From the NCBI GenBank assembly GCA_002337455.1, contig DDGC01000006.1:17922-81921 (forward strand): DNA of 64,000 bases. Reading direction: 5' to 3'. How positions within the stretch are numbered: position 1 is the stretch's first letter; the number at the start of each line of letters is the position of its first letter. A model generated the notes under the pieces. It was not told the DNA's origin. It did not search any database and saw only the letters and a program-made list of their open reading frames with translations. This document shows, in pieces, positions 37,082-45,586 of the stretch. A program made the position numbers and the translations under genes. Origin of the DNA: Rhizobiales bacterium UBA1912 (GTDB lineage Bacteria > Pseudomonadota > Alphaproteobacteria > Rhizobiales > Devosiaceae).

Positions 37082-37741
37082 CTAAATGTGCTGGCGCAGG
37101 AATTCAGTGGCGGTCTCAAGGCCGTCCTGCGCGATGGTATGGCCTGAACCCGCCGAAATGTGCAGCCGTGCGTCGATCCCCAGATCGAGGAGTTTGGGTA
37201 ACGCTGTCTCGCTGCCGATGACTGGTACCACATCGTCGATATCGCCATGAATCAATAGAACAGGGGGCTTTGCGGCGATCTCGACTTCGAGCTTTTCGGG
37301 AGCGACGATGAGGCCGGAAAAGGAGATGATGGCCTTGAGAGGGTCAGCCAGGCGCAGGCCGGTATGGAGCGCCATCATGGCGCCTTGGGAAAAGCCGGCG
37401 AGGATGGTGTCGGCGGGGCCAAGGCCCGTCTGGGTCCAAAGGTCCGCAAGGAAGCTGTCGATGACCGGACGGGCAGTGTCGGCGCCCGCGAGGCGCGACA
37501 GAGTGCGGTCGCCTTCGAGGTCGAGGGGAAACCATTCATAGCCGAAGGGATTGCCGCTGCAGACATGAGGTGCGTTGGGCGCGACGAAGATCGTGTCGGG
37601 GAAGCTGTCGCGCCAGAACTGGCCCAGCGCGATGAGGTCGCGGCCGTCCGAGCCGTAGCCGTGCAGCAGGACGACGAGGCTTTTCGCCGTGCCCGAAGCA
37701 GCGGGCAGCATGGGGCCGGAGAGCTTTACGGGTTCTGTCAT
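37082..37741 (-). CDS. alpha/beta hydrolase (phospholipase/carboxylesterase family)
   Basis: ..LVVLLHGYGSDG.., nucleophile elbow ..GFSQGAMM.., ..LIHGDIDDVVP.. and ..GHTI... ATG 37741 is preceded by AAGGA. Confidence 0.85.
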   Translation of the reverse strand: MTEPVKLSGPMLPAASGTAKSLVVLLHGYGSDGRDLIALGQFWRDSFPDTIFVAPNAPHVCSGNPFGYEWFPLDLEGDRTLSRLAGADTARPVIDSFLADLWTQTGLGPADTILAGFSQGAMMALHTGLRLADPLKAIISFSGLIVAPEKLEVEIAAKPPVLLIHGDIDDVVPVIGSETALPKLLDLGIDARLHISAGSGHTIAQDGLETATEFLRQHI

Positions 37742-37765
37742 GGATGGTCCTTGCACTTTTAAGAA

Positions 37766-38461
37766 TCAGAGCGCGTCCCAAGCGTCTGAATTCTTCATAG
37801 CGGAGAAATAGCGCCAGAACATCAGGGCGGCGGCGCCCCTGTGTGGCGACCACTGGGCGGCAAGCGGGATCAGATCTTTCGGCAGCGGGCGGCCGGGCAG
37901 GTCGAAGGCGTGCTCGACGGCTTTCTGCAGCGCGAGGTCCCCGGCCGGGAAAATGTCGGGGTGGCCGGCGCAGAACAGGAGGTAGATCTCGGCGGTCCAG
38001 GGGCCGATGCCCTTGAGGCGGGTGAGGGTTTCGATGGCGGTGTCGGGCTCCATCACGTCGATGCTGGGAAAGTCCAATCCCTGTTCGGTGATGGCGAGGG
38101 CGACGCCGCGGATGGTCTCGAACTTTCCGCGCGAAAGCCCGGTTTTCCTCAAGGTTTCCTCGTCGAACCCCAGATAGGCTTCCGGCGTAATCGCGCCCAG
38201 CGCTTCGACCCGGCCCCAGATGGCGCGGGCCGAAGCGACCGAGAGTTGCTGGCCGCAGACGATGCGGGCCATGCCCTCAAAGCCGGATGGCGAGAGGCGC
38301 AGTGTGACCTCGCCAGCCCGAAGGATCGCGGCGGCAAGGCGTTGATCGCGCTGGCTTAATCCCTCCAGATGGGTGGCCAGCGCTTCGGCGCTGTCGAGCC
38401 GGGCTGGAGTGGCGAGGGCGCTCATGGTAGGGGCTTTCAAAGAGGATCTGCTGTTGGTCAT
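37766..38461 (-). CDS. DNA-3-methyladenine glycosylase II-like (HhH-GPD) protein
   Basis: ..QQLSVASARAIWGR.., ..LKGIGPWTAEIYLLF..PDIFPAGDLAL... The start could instead be Met13 (38425). Confidence 0.8.
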   Translation of the reverse strand: MTNSRSSLKAPTMSALATPARLDSAEALATHLEGLSQRDQRLAAAILRAGEVTLRLSPSGFEGMARIVCGQQLSVASARAIWGRVEALGAITPEAYLGFDEETLRKTGLSRGKFETIRGVALAITEQGLDFPSIDVMEPDTAIETLTRLKGIGPWTAEIYLLFCAGHPDIFPAGDLALQKAVEHAFDLPGRPLPKDLIPLAAQWSPHRGAAALMFWRYFSAMKNSDAWDAL

Positions 38462-39317
38462 GTCATTCCCATCTCAACGTATTTTCCGCTTCGCGCCAAG
38501 CCCGAACGGGCTTTTGCATCTGGGGCACGCCTATTCGGCGCTCTATACCGATCATTGGGCCAAGGCTCTGGGCGGAGCGTTTGTGCTGCGGATCGAAGAC
38601 ATCGATACCGTGCGGTGTCGACCCGAATTTGTCACAGCGGTTTTTGAGGATTTACAATGGCTTGGGCTGGAATGGCCCGAGCCGGTGCGTGTCCAGTCAC
38701 ATCATTTCGATGACTATCGGGCCGCGGCGGATCGGTTGAAAAGCAAGGGTTTGCTCTATCCGTGTTTTTGCACGCGGGCCGAAATCAGGGCGGCGAGCGA
38801 TGGGCGGGCCGATCCGGATGGGGCGCCGATCTATCCGGGGACCTGCCGGCATCTTTCGGGGGCTGAGCGGATGGAAAAACTGCGGGCGGGAGCACCGGTG
38901 CAGTGGCGATTCGATATGGGGCAAGTAATTGAAGGAAAAAAGCAATTTTCGATCCGCGAGGCTATGCCCGACCCGTCCTGTGAGGTGGTCGAGCGCGGGG
39001 CCGAGCCGGAGCGATGGGGGGACGTGGTGATCGTGCGCAAGGATACGCCGACCAGCTATCACCTCTCGGTGGTGGTCGATGATGCCATCCAGGGGGTAAC
39101 GCATGTGACCCGGGGGATGGACCTTTATGCGTCGACAGATATTCATGTTGTTTTACAAGAGCTTATGGATTTACCGAGCCCGGTTTATACCCATCATTCG
39201 CTGATCGTTGGCGAGGATGCGGAGAAGCTTTCCAAGTCACGTGGGTCGGAAAGCCTGGCCGGGCTGCGGGCGCTGGGGATTACGCCGGACGATATCAGGG
39301 CGCAGCTGGGGTTTTGA
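38460..39317 (+). CDS. gluQ: tRNA glutamyl-Q(34) synthetase
   Basis: ..FRFAPSPNGLLHLGHAYSAL.. (HIGH-like), ..IEDID..R.. and ..KLSKS.. (KMSKS-like); a truncated GluRS-type length. Confidence 0.85.
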   Translation: MSFPSQRIFRFAPSPNGLLHLGHAYSALYTDHWAKALGGAFVLRIEDIDTVRCRPEFVTAVFEDLQWLGLEWPEPVRVQSHHFDDYRAAADRLKSKGLLYPCFCTRAEIRAASDGRADPDGAPIYPGTCRHLSGAERMEKLRAGAPVQWRFDMGQVIEGKKQFSIREAMPDPSCEVVERGAEPERWGDVVIVRKDTPTSYHLSVVVDDAIQGVTHVTRGMDLYASTDIHVVLQELMDLPSPVYTHHSLIVGEDAEKLSKSRGSESLAGLRALGITPDDIRAQLGF

Positions 39318-39507
39318 ATTCTGGCGCCAACAATGGCGGGAAAAGGTGTGGACTTGTGCGTTCGGGACCACAACATTTGCGCAAGATTGGCGTTTCGGTG
39401 AATCGGGTGTTCCGGCGCCTCTGGCGCGGGGTGACAAAATGGGGCATGACCCGATGGCGATGCCGTGTCGTATACATTTGTATCGAGACATTTGAGAAAG
39501 CGATCCC

Positions 39508-39705
39508 ATGGAAACCTCCCTCAATATCCTGATCGTTCTGGCGGTGGCCGCCGTGGCGATCATTCTGGGCATGGGGCTCTACAACATGTTCAAGGGCGGG
39601 TCGGGCAACACCAGCCAGAAGCTGATGCGAGCCCGCGTCATCATGCAGGCCATTGCGGTGGCTCTTTTAATGGCAGCTCTCTATTTCTTCGGTCCGCAGA
39701 GATAG
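39508..39705 (+). CDS. twin-transmembrane-helix small protein (HIG1 domain)
   Basis: 65 aa with two TM helices and ..SQKLMRARVIMQ.. typical of bacterial HIG1-like proteins. Confidence 0.75.
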   Translation: METSLNILIVLAVAAVAIILGMGLYNMFKGGSGNTSQKLMRARVIMQAIAVALLMAALYFFGPQR

Positions 39706-39726
39706 GCGCGTAGGGGGGACATACGC

Positions 39727-40317
39727 ATGGTCAAGCTCAACAAGATCTATACCAAGACCGGCGATGACGGGACGACGGGGCTGGTGGACGGGCCGCGGCG
39801 GCAAAAGGACGATCTGCGGGTCGAAGCCTATGGCACCGTGGACGAAGCCAATGCGGCGATCGGGCTGGCCCGGCTCTATACAAAGGACATGGCGCGGGTC
39901 GACCATGCGCTGGGGCGCGTCCAGAACGACCTGTTCGATCTGGGGTCGGACCTTGCAACGCCCGGTTCGGACGAGGGTCGAGCCTATACAGCATTGCGGG
40001 TGACGGCGCGGCAGGTCGAATGGCTCGAGGGCCAGATCGATGCGTTCAACGAAGCGCTGGCCCCGCTGACATCGTTCGTCCTGCCGGGAGGAACGTCGCT
40101 TTCGGCGGCGCTGCACCTGGCGCGCACCATAACGCGGCGGGCCGAACGGGTATGCGTTTCGACCCGGCGGGAAGAACCCGATCTGAACCCCGAAGCGATC
40201 CGCTACCTCAACCGGCTTTCGGACCTGCTGTTCGTTCTGGGCCGGGTTGCCAATGGCAATGGCAGCAAGGACGTGCTGTGGGAGCCGGGGCGCAACACGG
40301 GGACTGCCAAGGAGTGA
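39727..40317 (+). CDS. ATP:cob(I)alamin adenosyltransferase (PduO type)
   Basis: MVKLNKIYTKTGDDGTTGL.. and ..VQNDLFDLGSDLA..FVLPGG.. are signature segments. Confidence 0.9.
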   Translation: MVKLNKIYTKTGDDGTTGLVDGPRRQKDDLRVEAYGTVDEANAAIGLARLYTKDMARVDHALGRVQNDLFDLGSDLATPGSDEGRAYTALRVTARQVEWLEGQIDAFNEALAPLTSFVLPGGTSLSAALHLARTITRRAERVCVSTRREEPDLNPEAIRYLNRLSDLLFVLGRVANGNGSKDVLWEPGRNTGTAKE

Positions 40318-40412
40318 ATGCCCGCCATGCATCTGAAGGGATGGATGCTGCCACGCTGTTGCCGTATAGACTTACCAAAATTTGAGCAGGTAACGAAGAC
40401 GGACGCCGGACT

Positions 40413-41285
40413 TTGAAAATCTATTCGTTTATGGCGTCCTTGAAATGGCCTGCAAGCTTTCAGGGCAAGATCTTTCTCGTCTGCTTTGTGTCGACCCATG
40501 TGCCGCTGCTTTCGCTGCTGGCGTTTTTTGTGGTCCGATCCGAACTGGGCGCGAGCCTTCCCGTGCTTGGCGTCGCGACGCTGGCCACGCTTTTGGGCAC
40601 GGGCCTCGCCTTTGCGGCCATGGCGGCGATGATGGAGCCGATCCGGCGATCGGGCCGCGCGCTGTCGGACTATCTGGCGCAGGGTGATTTCCCAGACCTG
40701 CCGACCGACTATACCGACGAGGCGGGGCAATTGATGTCGAACGTGCAACGCGCGGTCGCGACCATCGATCGTCAGGTGGGGCGGCTGGCCGATGTGGCGC
40801 TTTCAGACGACATGACAGGGGTGCGCAACCGGCGCTGGCTCAACGAGTACGGCATTCCCATGTTCGAGGATTACAGGAAGGCCGGAAAGGGCTTTGGCCT
40901 GCTGGTCATCGATCTCGACCAGTTCAAATCCATCAACGACACCTATGGCCACGCGGTGGGCGACCAGGTGATCCTGGCGACCGCTGATGTCATCGGCGAA
41001 AACATCCGCGCCACCGACCATCTTGTGCGGACCGGGGGCGACGAGTTCTGCGTGCTCATGCCATCGGCCAGCAGCAGCGAGGTGGCGATGGTGGCCGAAC
41101 GGCTGCGCCGGGCGGCCGGGCAAAGCTCGGGCGCGGCGGGGCTGGATCATCAGGTCACCGTGAGCATCGGTGCGGCCAACCTGCGGCGGCAGGACCAGGG
41201 GTTCCTCGACACCTACAGACGGGCGGATACCTTTCTTTACAAGGCCAAGCAGGGCGGCAGGAACAACGCGGCCATCGCTTCTTAG
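40413..41285 (+). CDS. membrane-anchored diguanylate cyclase (GGDEF)
   Basis: Two TM helices followed by a GGDEF domain (..DDMTGVRNRR.., ..DLDQFKSINDTYGH.., ..RTGGDEFCVLM..). TTG start in the track; ATG at 40431 is an alternative. Confidence 0.88.
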   Translation: MKIYSFMASLKWPASFQGKIFLVCFVSTHVPLLSLLAFFVVRSELGASLPVLGVATLATLLGTGLAFAAMAAMMEPIRRSGRALSDYLAQGDFPDLPTDYTDEAGQLMSNVQRAVATIDRQVGRLADVALSDDMTGVRNRRWLNEYGIPMFEDYRKAGKGFGLLVIDLDQFKSINDTYGHAVGDQVILATADVIGENIRATDHLVRTGGDEFCVLMPSASSSEVAMVAERLRRAAGQSSGAAGLDHQVTVSIGAANLRRQDQGFLDTYRRADTFLYKAKQGGRNNAAIAS

Positions 41286-41415
41286 AAAGCCCCGGATTTC
41301 CGGCGATGTGCGTGATATTTCCCCGCTGTTCGGGGGCCGTTTTCAGGCGTATTATCGCCACCAGGGCGGCGGAGACTTCAAGGGGAGGTCGGGCTCGCCC
41401 GTCAGGGTTTGAAAA

Positions 41416-41820
41416 ATGCCCAAGGTCTCACATCTCTTTTTCCAGAGTGGCATCGTCTTTCTCATCGTCGGCATCGGGATGGGGCTGCAGATGTCGATTT
41501 CCGGCGTCCATAACGTCACCGGCGCCCACGCGCATCTCAACCTGCTCGGCTGGGTGACCAGTGCCCTGTTCGGCGGCTATTACGCACTCAACCCGGCCAA
41601 GGCGGCATCGCGTCTCGCCATGATCCATTACGGCGTCTATACGCTGGGCGTGGCCGGCATGATCGTGGGGCTCTATTTCCTGTTGCAGGGCAATGCCAGC
41701 TTTGAGCCCCTGGTGGTGATCGGCTCGCTCGTGACGTTCGCCGGGGTCCTGATCTTTGCCTACACGGTCTTTGCACCGGCCAGAACGGTTGCGCCTGCCC
41801 GGCCAATGGCAGCGGAGTAG
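41416..41820 (+). CDS. hypothetical 4-TM membrane protein with an HxH..GW motif
   Basis: 134-aa hydrophobic ORF containing ..GAHAHLNLLGW... I cannot name the family. Confidence 0.6.
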   Translation: MPKVSHLFFQSGIVFLIVGIGMGLQMSISGVHNVTGAHAHLNLLGWVTSALFGGYYALNPAKAASRLAMIHYGVYTLGVAGMIVGLYFLLQGNASFEPLVVIGSLVTFAGVLIFAYTVFAPARTVAPARPMAAE

Positions 41821-42004
41821 CATAACCTCGGGCGAGGGCTGAGGGCTCCCGCCCGGCGCAAGGATCGATGGTTTTGTGCGTCGCTCCGATGGAGGCGGGC
41901 CGACGCACCGGGTTTTCTTTTGGCGCGCGTCCGGGCGGCAGAAATGCTAATTGAGTTGGCCGAACGCTTCGATACGCCAAGCGCCAAAACGGGGGACCCG
42001 GCCG

Positions 42005-42685
42005 ATGTTTCTGCCGCTCTATGACAGCAACAAGATCGCCCATATCGAGCGGCCGTTCGTCAATTACGCGCTGATCGGGTTCAATATCGTCGTGTTCCTC
42101 CTCCAATGGCTGGGCGGACAGGACGGGCTTTTCATGGGCCAGATCACCTATGGGATGATCCCGGCTGTGGTGAGCGGAGCGGTGGAGGGACCGGCGCCGT
42201 GGCTGCCCGATCACGCAACGATCCTCACCTACATGTTCCTGCATGCCGACTGGCTGCATCTTTTATCCAACATGCTGTTCCTGTGGGTGTTCGGCGACAA
42301 TGTCGAAGACGCCATGGGGCATGTGAAATACCTGGTGTTCTATCTTGCCTGCGGGGTGTTGAGCGGGCTGGCGCATCTGCTGATCTTTCCCGGTGCCATG
42401 GGCCCGCTGGTCGGCGCATCCGGGGCAGTGGCGGGGATCATCGGGGCTTATCTCGTGCTCTATCCCAAGGTTCGGGTGTTCGTTCTCAACAGGCTGATTA
42501 TCACCTTTCCGCTGGCGCTTCCCGCCTGGGTGGTGCTGGGGCTGTGGGTGGCGACCCAACTGTTTTATGTCTTTATCTGGGGCAATGACGGGGTTGCCTG
42601 GTGGGTGCATGTCGGCGGCGTTTTGGCGGGGGCGGTGCTGGTCGTTGTGTTCAAGCGGCGGCAGGTGCCGCTTTGGGGCGGGTAG
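42005..42685 (+). CDS. rhomboid-family intramembrane serine protease
   Basis: ..HADWLHLLSNMLFLWVFG.. and the catalytic ..GASGAVAGIIGAY... ATG at 42005. Confidence 0.88.
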   Translation: MFLPLYDSNKIAHIERPFVNYALIGFNIVVFLLQWLGGQDGLFMGQITYGMIPAVVSGAVEGPAPWLPDHATILTYMFLHADWLHLLSNMLFLWVFGDNVEDAMGHVKYLVFYLACGVLSGLAHLLIFPGAMGPLVGASGAVAGIIGAYLVLYPKVRVFVLNRLIITFPLALPAWVVLGLWVATQLFYVFIWGNDGVAWWVHVGGVLAGAVLVVVFKRRQVPLWGG

Positions 42686-42744
42686 GGGCGAAACGAGGGT
42701 GCTTTTGGTGTACGCTCAAGGCCCCCTCACCGGCCTGCCGGCCA

Positions 42745-42775
42745 CCCTCTCCCCCTAGGGGCGAGGGTTTTTCTT
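42745..42775 (+). terminator. intrinsic terminator after the rhomboid gene
   Basis: CCCTCTCCCC-cta-GGGGCGAGGG followed by TTTTT. Confidence 0.6.
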
Positions 42776-42863
42776 GCGGAGGCGGCTGGTATGAACGGCA
42801 GCGCCGTAGAGGCGGACCCTCCCTGGTCTGGGCGAGAGGCGCCATGCATGCCTGTGCTCCGCT

Positions 42864-42889
42864 GTCATCCCGGGCGAAGACCCGGGATC
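42864..42889 (+). repeat. short GC-rich hairpin repeat GTCATCCCGGGC-N5-CCCGGGATC
   Basis: TCCCGGG/CCCGGGA 7-bp stem. Related copies at 42934-42959 (inverted) and 57783-57807 (inverted). Confidence 0.6.
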
Positions 42890-42933
42890 GAGTAGCCGGC
42901 GGCGTGGTGTTCCTTTTGGGCTCCGGGTGTACT

Positions 42934-42959
42934 GGGCCCCGGCGCAAGGCCGGGGTGAC
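42934..42959 (-). repeat. diverged inverted copy of the GTCAYCCCGG hairpin repeat
   Basis: The reverse complement GTCACCCCGGCCTTGCGCCGGGGCCC has the same architecture as 42864-42889. Confidence 0.45.
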
Positions 42960-43110
42960 GGTGGTGGATTGGGGAAAGCGCAATCAGAAGATCGCGGACA
43001 AATGCCCTGGGATCGGCTTTCGGGCCAATGGTTAATCGGGGGTAAGGGTTTCTTAGGCGTGAGCCGCTAAGACTGGCAAACAAACGCAGAAGCGACAAGG
43101 AACGGGCACG

Positions 43111-43299
43111 ATGAGCGATATTGCTGCGACGGCGGTGGCCATGAAACAGGCGCAGACCGTTCAGACCGCCCAGATGCTGATGGTCAAAAAGCAGCACGAA
43201 ATGGAAATGAGCATGATCTCCATGCTGGCCGAAGCCGTCGAGAACGTTCCTGCGCCGGCGCCCGCCGGGATGGGCGCGAAGGTCGACAAGCGGGCTTAA
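43111..43299 (+). CDS. YjfB-like putative motility protein
   Basis: 62 aa with ..AMKQAQTVQTAQMLMVKKQHEMEMSMISML.. and a C-terminal ..GAKVDKRA, matching the YjfB_motility pattern. Confidence 0.65.
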   Translation: MSDIAATAVAMKQAQTVQTAQMLMVKKQHEMEMSMISMLAEAVENVPAPAPAGMGAKVDKRA

Positions 43300-43341
43300 G
43301 GCGTCGCTACCTCTTTGTTGATGAGGACGAAGAACGTCAAA

Positions 43342-43626
43342 TCATTCATCAGCCGTCGTTTTTTTGTCCGAGGCCGGCAAATACTTCTTCGTGAAAACAG
43401 CGGATGCCAACCTGAAGGTCGATATTAACGGCCAAGCATAAACAATGGCGGCCATAACCTGGTTGCCTGCACCTTTCGACAAGGCAGAGAAACCACTGGC
43501 GTACAGAAATACCGCGAGCAGCCAAACATACCAATCAAGCTGGTGAACTCTCCAGGCGGCCCAAAATGAGGCTTTCATGGTCCTGTCATGCGTTGCCATA
43601 TCATGCCGCTGGTCAGAGTTGCTCAT
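43342..43626 (-). CDS. hypothetical small membrane protein, low GC
   Basis: 94-aa ORF with two hydrophobic helices. Hand count of 43381-43440 gives 45% G+C. No recognisable family; the start is uncertain. Confidence 0.45.
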   Translation of the reverse strand: MSNSDQRHDMATHDRTMKASFWAAWRVHQLDWYVWLLAVFLYASGFSALSKGAGNQVMAAIVYAWPLISTFRLASAVFTKKYLPASDKKTTADE

Positions 43627-43731
43627 GCCTCAGGCTCGGATGGGGATGAGATCAACAGTGTGGCACAATAGGAGCGGGTAATGAACTCCTGTTCGTCCCG
43701 CGCCGATCATCCTGCCCATGCTCGATAGGCT

Positions 43732-44793
43732 CTACGCTGCTTCCACGGCCTCGCGCAGGGCGCGGACCAGGGCGGCTTCGATCTTGCCGGCGGCGCTCAT
43801 GCCCTCAAGAATGGTCAGCGCTTCGGATGAGGGCATGGCGGGCTTATAGGCGCGGCGCTCGCTCAATGCGCCGTAGATATCGCAGATGGTGACGATACGG
43901 GTGAGATCGTTGATCTGCGAGGACATAAGGCCATCGGGGTAGCCGCTGCCATCGAGATATTCGTGGTGTCCCCTTACGGCGGCCAGGATGTCGGTGCCGA
44001 GATTGGCGTGGGCCTTGAGGTAATCATAGCCTTCGACCGGATGGCGGGCGATCTGGTCAAATTCCTCGGGGGTGAGCTTGCCGGGCTTTTCGAGGATGGC
44101 AACGGGGATGGCGGCCTTGCCGATGTCGTGGAGCAGGCCGGCGGTGGTGAGTTTTGAGATGTCGGCGCGGCTCATTCCGACCTTCTGGGCGAAATTGGTG
44201 AGAACGCCGGTGACCAGCAGGCAATGCTGGTAGGTGCCATGGTGATGGGTGCGGACCGTATCGAGCCATTGGTCGAGCCCGACCGCCCCGAGGCTGACGA
44301 CGATGTCGTCACTGGCGCCCGACAGGATGACGGAATTGAGCGCGGTGCTGGAGCGCAGGGCGTCAAAGGCGCTGCCGAGCGCTTTCGAGGCCGTGTGGGC
44401 CGCGGCTGCGGTCGCCGGAATATCGGGCAGATCGGCCAGCGGCTGGCTGGCCGAGAGCAGGCGCTTGAGCCCTTCGGGGGTCAGGGGGCGCGTTTCGGTG
44501 GCGTGGGCGCCCAGAACGTTGGCCTGAACCATTTCCACGCGGCGGCCCTCGGTGACGAGGAAATAGCGGGGAATTTGCCGTTCGAGGGCGTGCAGGCTCT
44601 TTTTGAGGCGGTCGATGGTTTTGGTGCTGGACAGATCGGCATCGACAAGGATTGCCGAATAGGCCGAGAGGTCGATGTTATCGATTGCATTGAGGGGCTC
44701 GACACGGGCAATCGGGGGCCAGTGGGCAGCCGGGATCTGCTCCCCTAAAGGACTGTCTGTGACGATCAAGACGGCGTCGCTCGAACCGGTCAA
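43732..44793 (-). CDS. RpfG-like HD-GYP phosphodiesterase with a degenerate N-terminal receiver-like domain
   Basis: ..LLHDIGKAAIP.., ..HHEYLDGSGYPDGL.. (HD-GYP). The N-terminus ..AVLIVTDSP..ILVDADL..TRPLTPEGLKRLL resembles REC. The only upstream ATG (44991) overlaps tlpA by 92 nt, so TTG 44793 is proposed; the start is uncertain. Confidence 0.8.
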   Translation of the reverse strand: MTGSSDAVLIVTDSPLGEQIPAAHWPPIARVEPLNAIDNIDLSAYSAILVDADLSSTKTIDRLKKSLHALERQIPRYFLVTEGRRVEMVQANVLGAHATETRPLTPEGLKRLLSASQPLADLPDIPATAAAAHTASKALGSAFDALRSSTALNSVILSGASDDIVVSLGAVGLDQWLDTVRTHHHGTYQHCLLVTGVLTNFAQKVGMSRADISKLTTAGLLHDIGKAAIPVAILEKPGKLTPEEFDQIARHPVEGYDYLKAHANLGTDILAAVRGHHEYLDGSGYPDGLMSSQINDLTRIVTICDIYGALSERRAYKPAMPSSEALTILEGMSAAGKIEAALVRALREAVEAA

Positions 44794-44899
44794 GCTGGTG
44801 ATCCGCTGTTCAGCCGCCGTGGGTGGCGGCTCCTCCGCTATCCACTTTGCGCTCCAACCGTCAATTTTTGGTAAGTGGAAATACGGGGCCCGGGTCGGC

Positions 44900-45547
44900 T
44901 CAGACTTCCAGCAGCGTTTCGATGACCCGGTGGCCGTCGGGGGTGTTCCAATGGGCGGGGCCCTGGAGCACGGCCAGTTCGCACCCTTCATCGTCGACGA
45001 GGATGGTGGCGGGCAGGCCGAGCGTCACGGCCTCGTTGCGCAGGCGCTCGAAGAGCTTGTAGCTGGGGTCGGCGAAGAGCTTTAGATTTTCCGCGCCGAT
45101 CTCTTCGAGAAACAGCGCAGCGGCGGTGGGGCCATCGGCGCCGATATCGAGGCTGATGGCGACGACTTCGAAGTCCTCGCCGCCATATTGCGCTTCGAGC
45201 GCGTCGAGGAAGGGCATTTCCTCGCGGCAGGGGGCGCACCATGTGGCCCAGAAATTGATGAGCAGCTTCTTGCCGGCGAAATCGGAGAGGATAACGGGGT
45301 TTCCGTTTTCGTCCTCGAACGCCATGTCGGCGTAATTGCGCCATTGGGACGAGGGCAGAAGGGCGGCGAGTTCGCCGGTTGCGGCGTCGTCGATGGCCTG
45401 GGCGGCCTCGGCGCGCACGGGGCAGGTCGCGGCGGTTGCGGTGCCATTGCTAACCCAGACGGCCACGGCTATACCTACCGCCGCTGCGAAAAGGCCCGTG
45501 CCAAGTATGATGGGGCGGGGTGATTTTCGCTTTTCGTCCTGATCCAT
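44900..45547 (-). CDS. TlpA-family thiol:disulfide oxidoreductase (thioredoxin fold)
   Basis: TM anchor plus ..LLINFWATWCAPCREEMP.. (CxxC). Start at MDQDEKRK (45547), divergent from argH. Confidence 0.85.
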   Translation of the reverse strand: MDQDEKRKSPRPIILGTGLFAAAVGIAVAVWVSNGTATAATCPVRAEAAQAIDDAATGELAALLPSSQWRNYADMAFEDENGNPVILSDFAGKKLLINFWATWCAPCREEMPFLDALEAQYGGEDFEVVAISLDIGADGPTAAALFLEEIGAENLKLFADPSYKLFERLRNEAVTLGLPATILVDDEGCELAVLQGPAHWNTPDGHRVIETLLEV

Positions 45548-45586
45548 AAAACCATCACTCGCAAATTTTTCAAATAAGAGGCGCCG

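Noticed and set aside
38459-38462. Divergent alkA-like and gluQ start codons overlapping by 2 nt (CATG)
   Set aside because: This is probably a start-codon choice artefact. Met13 (38425) is a possible start for the glycosylase. It is not strong enough to report as biology.
43031-43046. CtrA-like half sites (TTAA-N7-TAAG upstream of the yjfB-like gene; also TTAA-N7-GTAA at 28292 and TTAA-N7-TGTT at 52612)
   Set aside because: None matches the full TTAA-N7-TTAA(C) consensus, and single half sites occur by chance.
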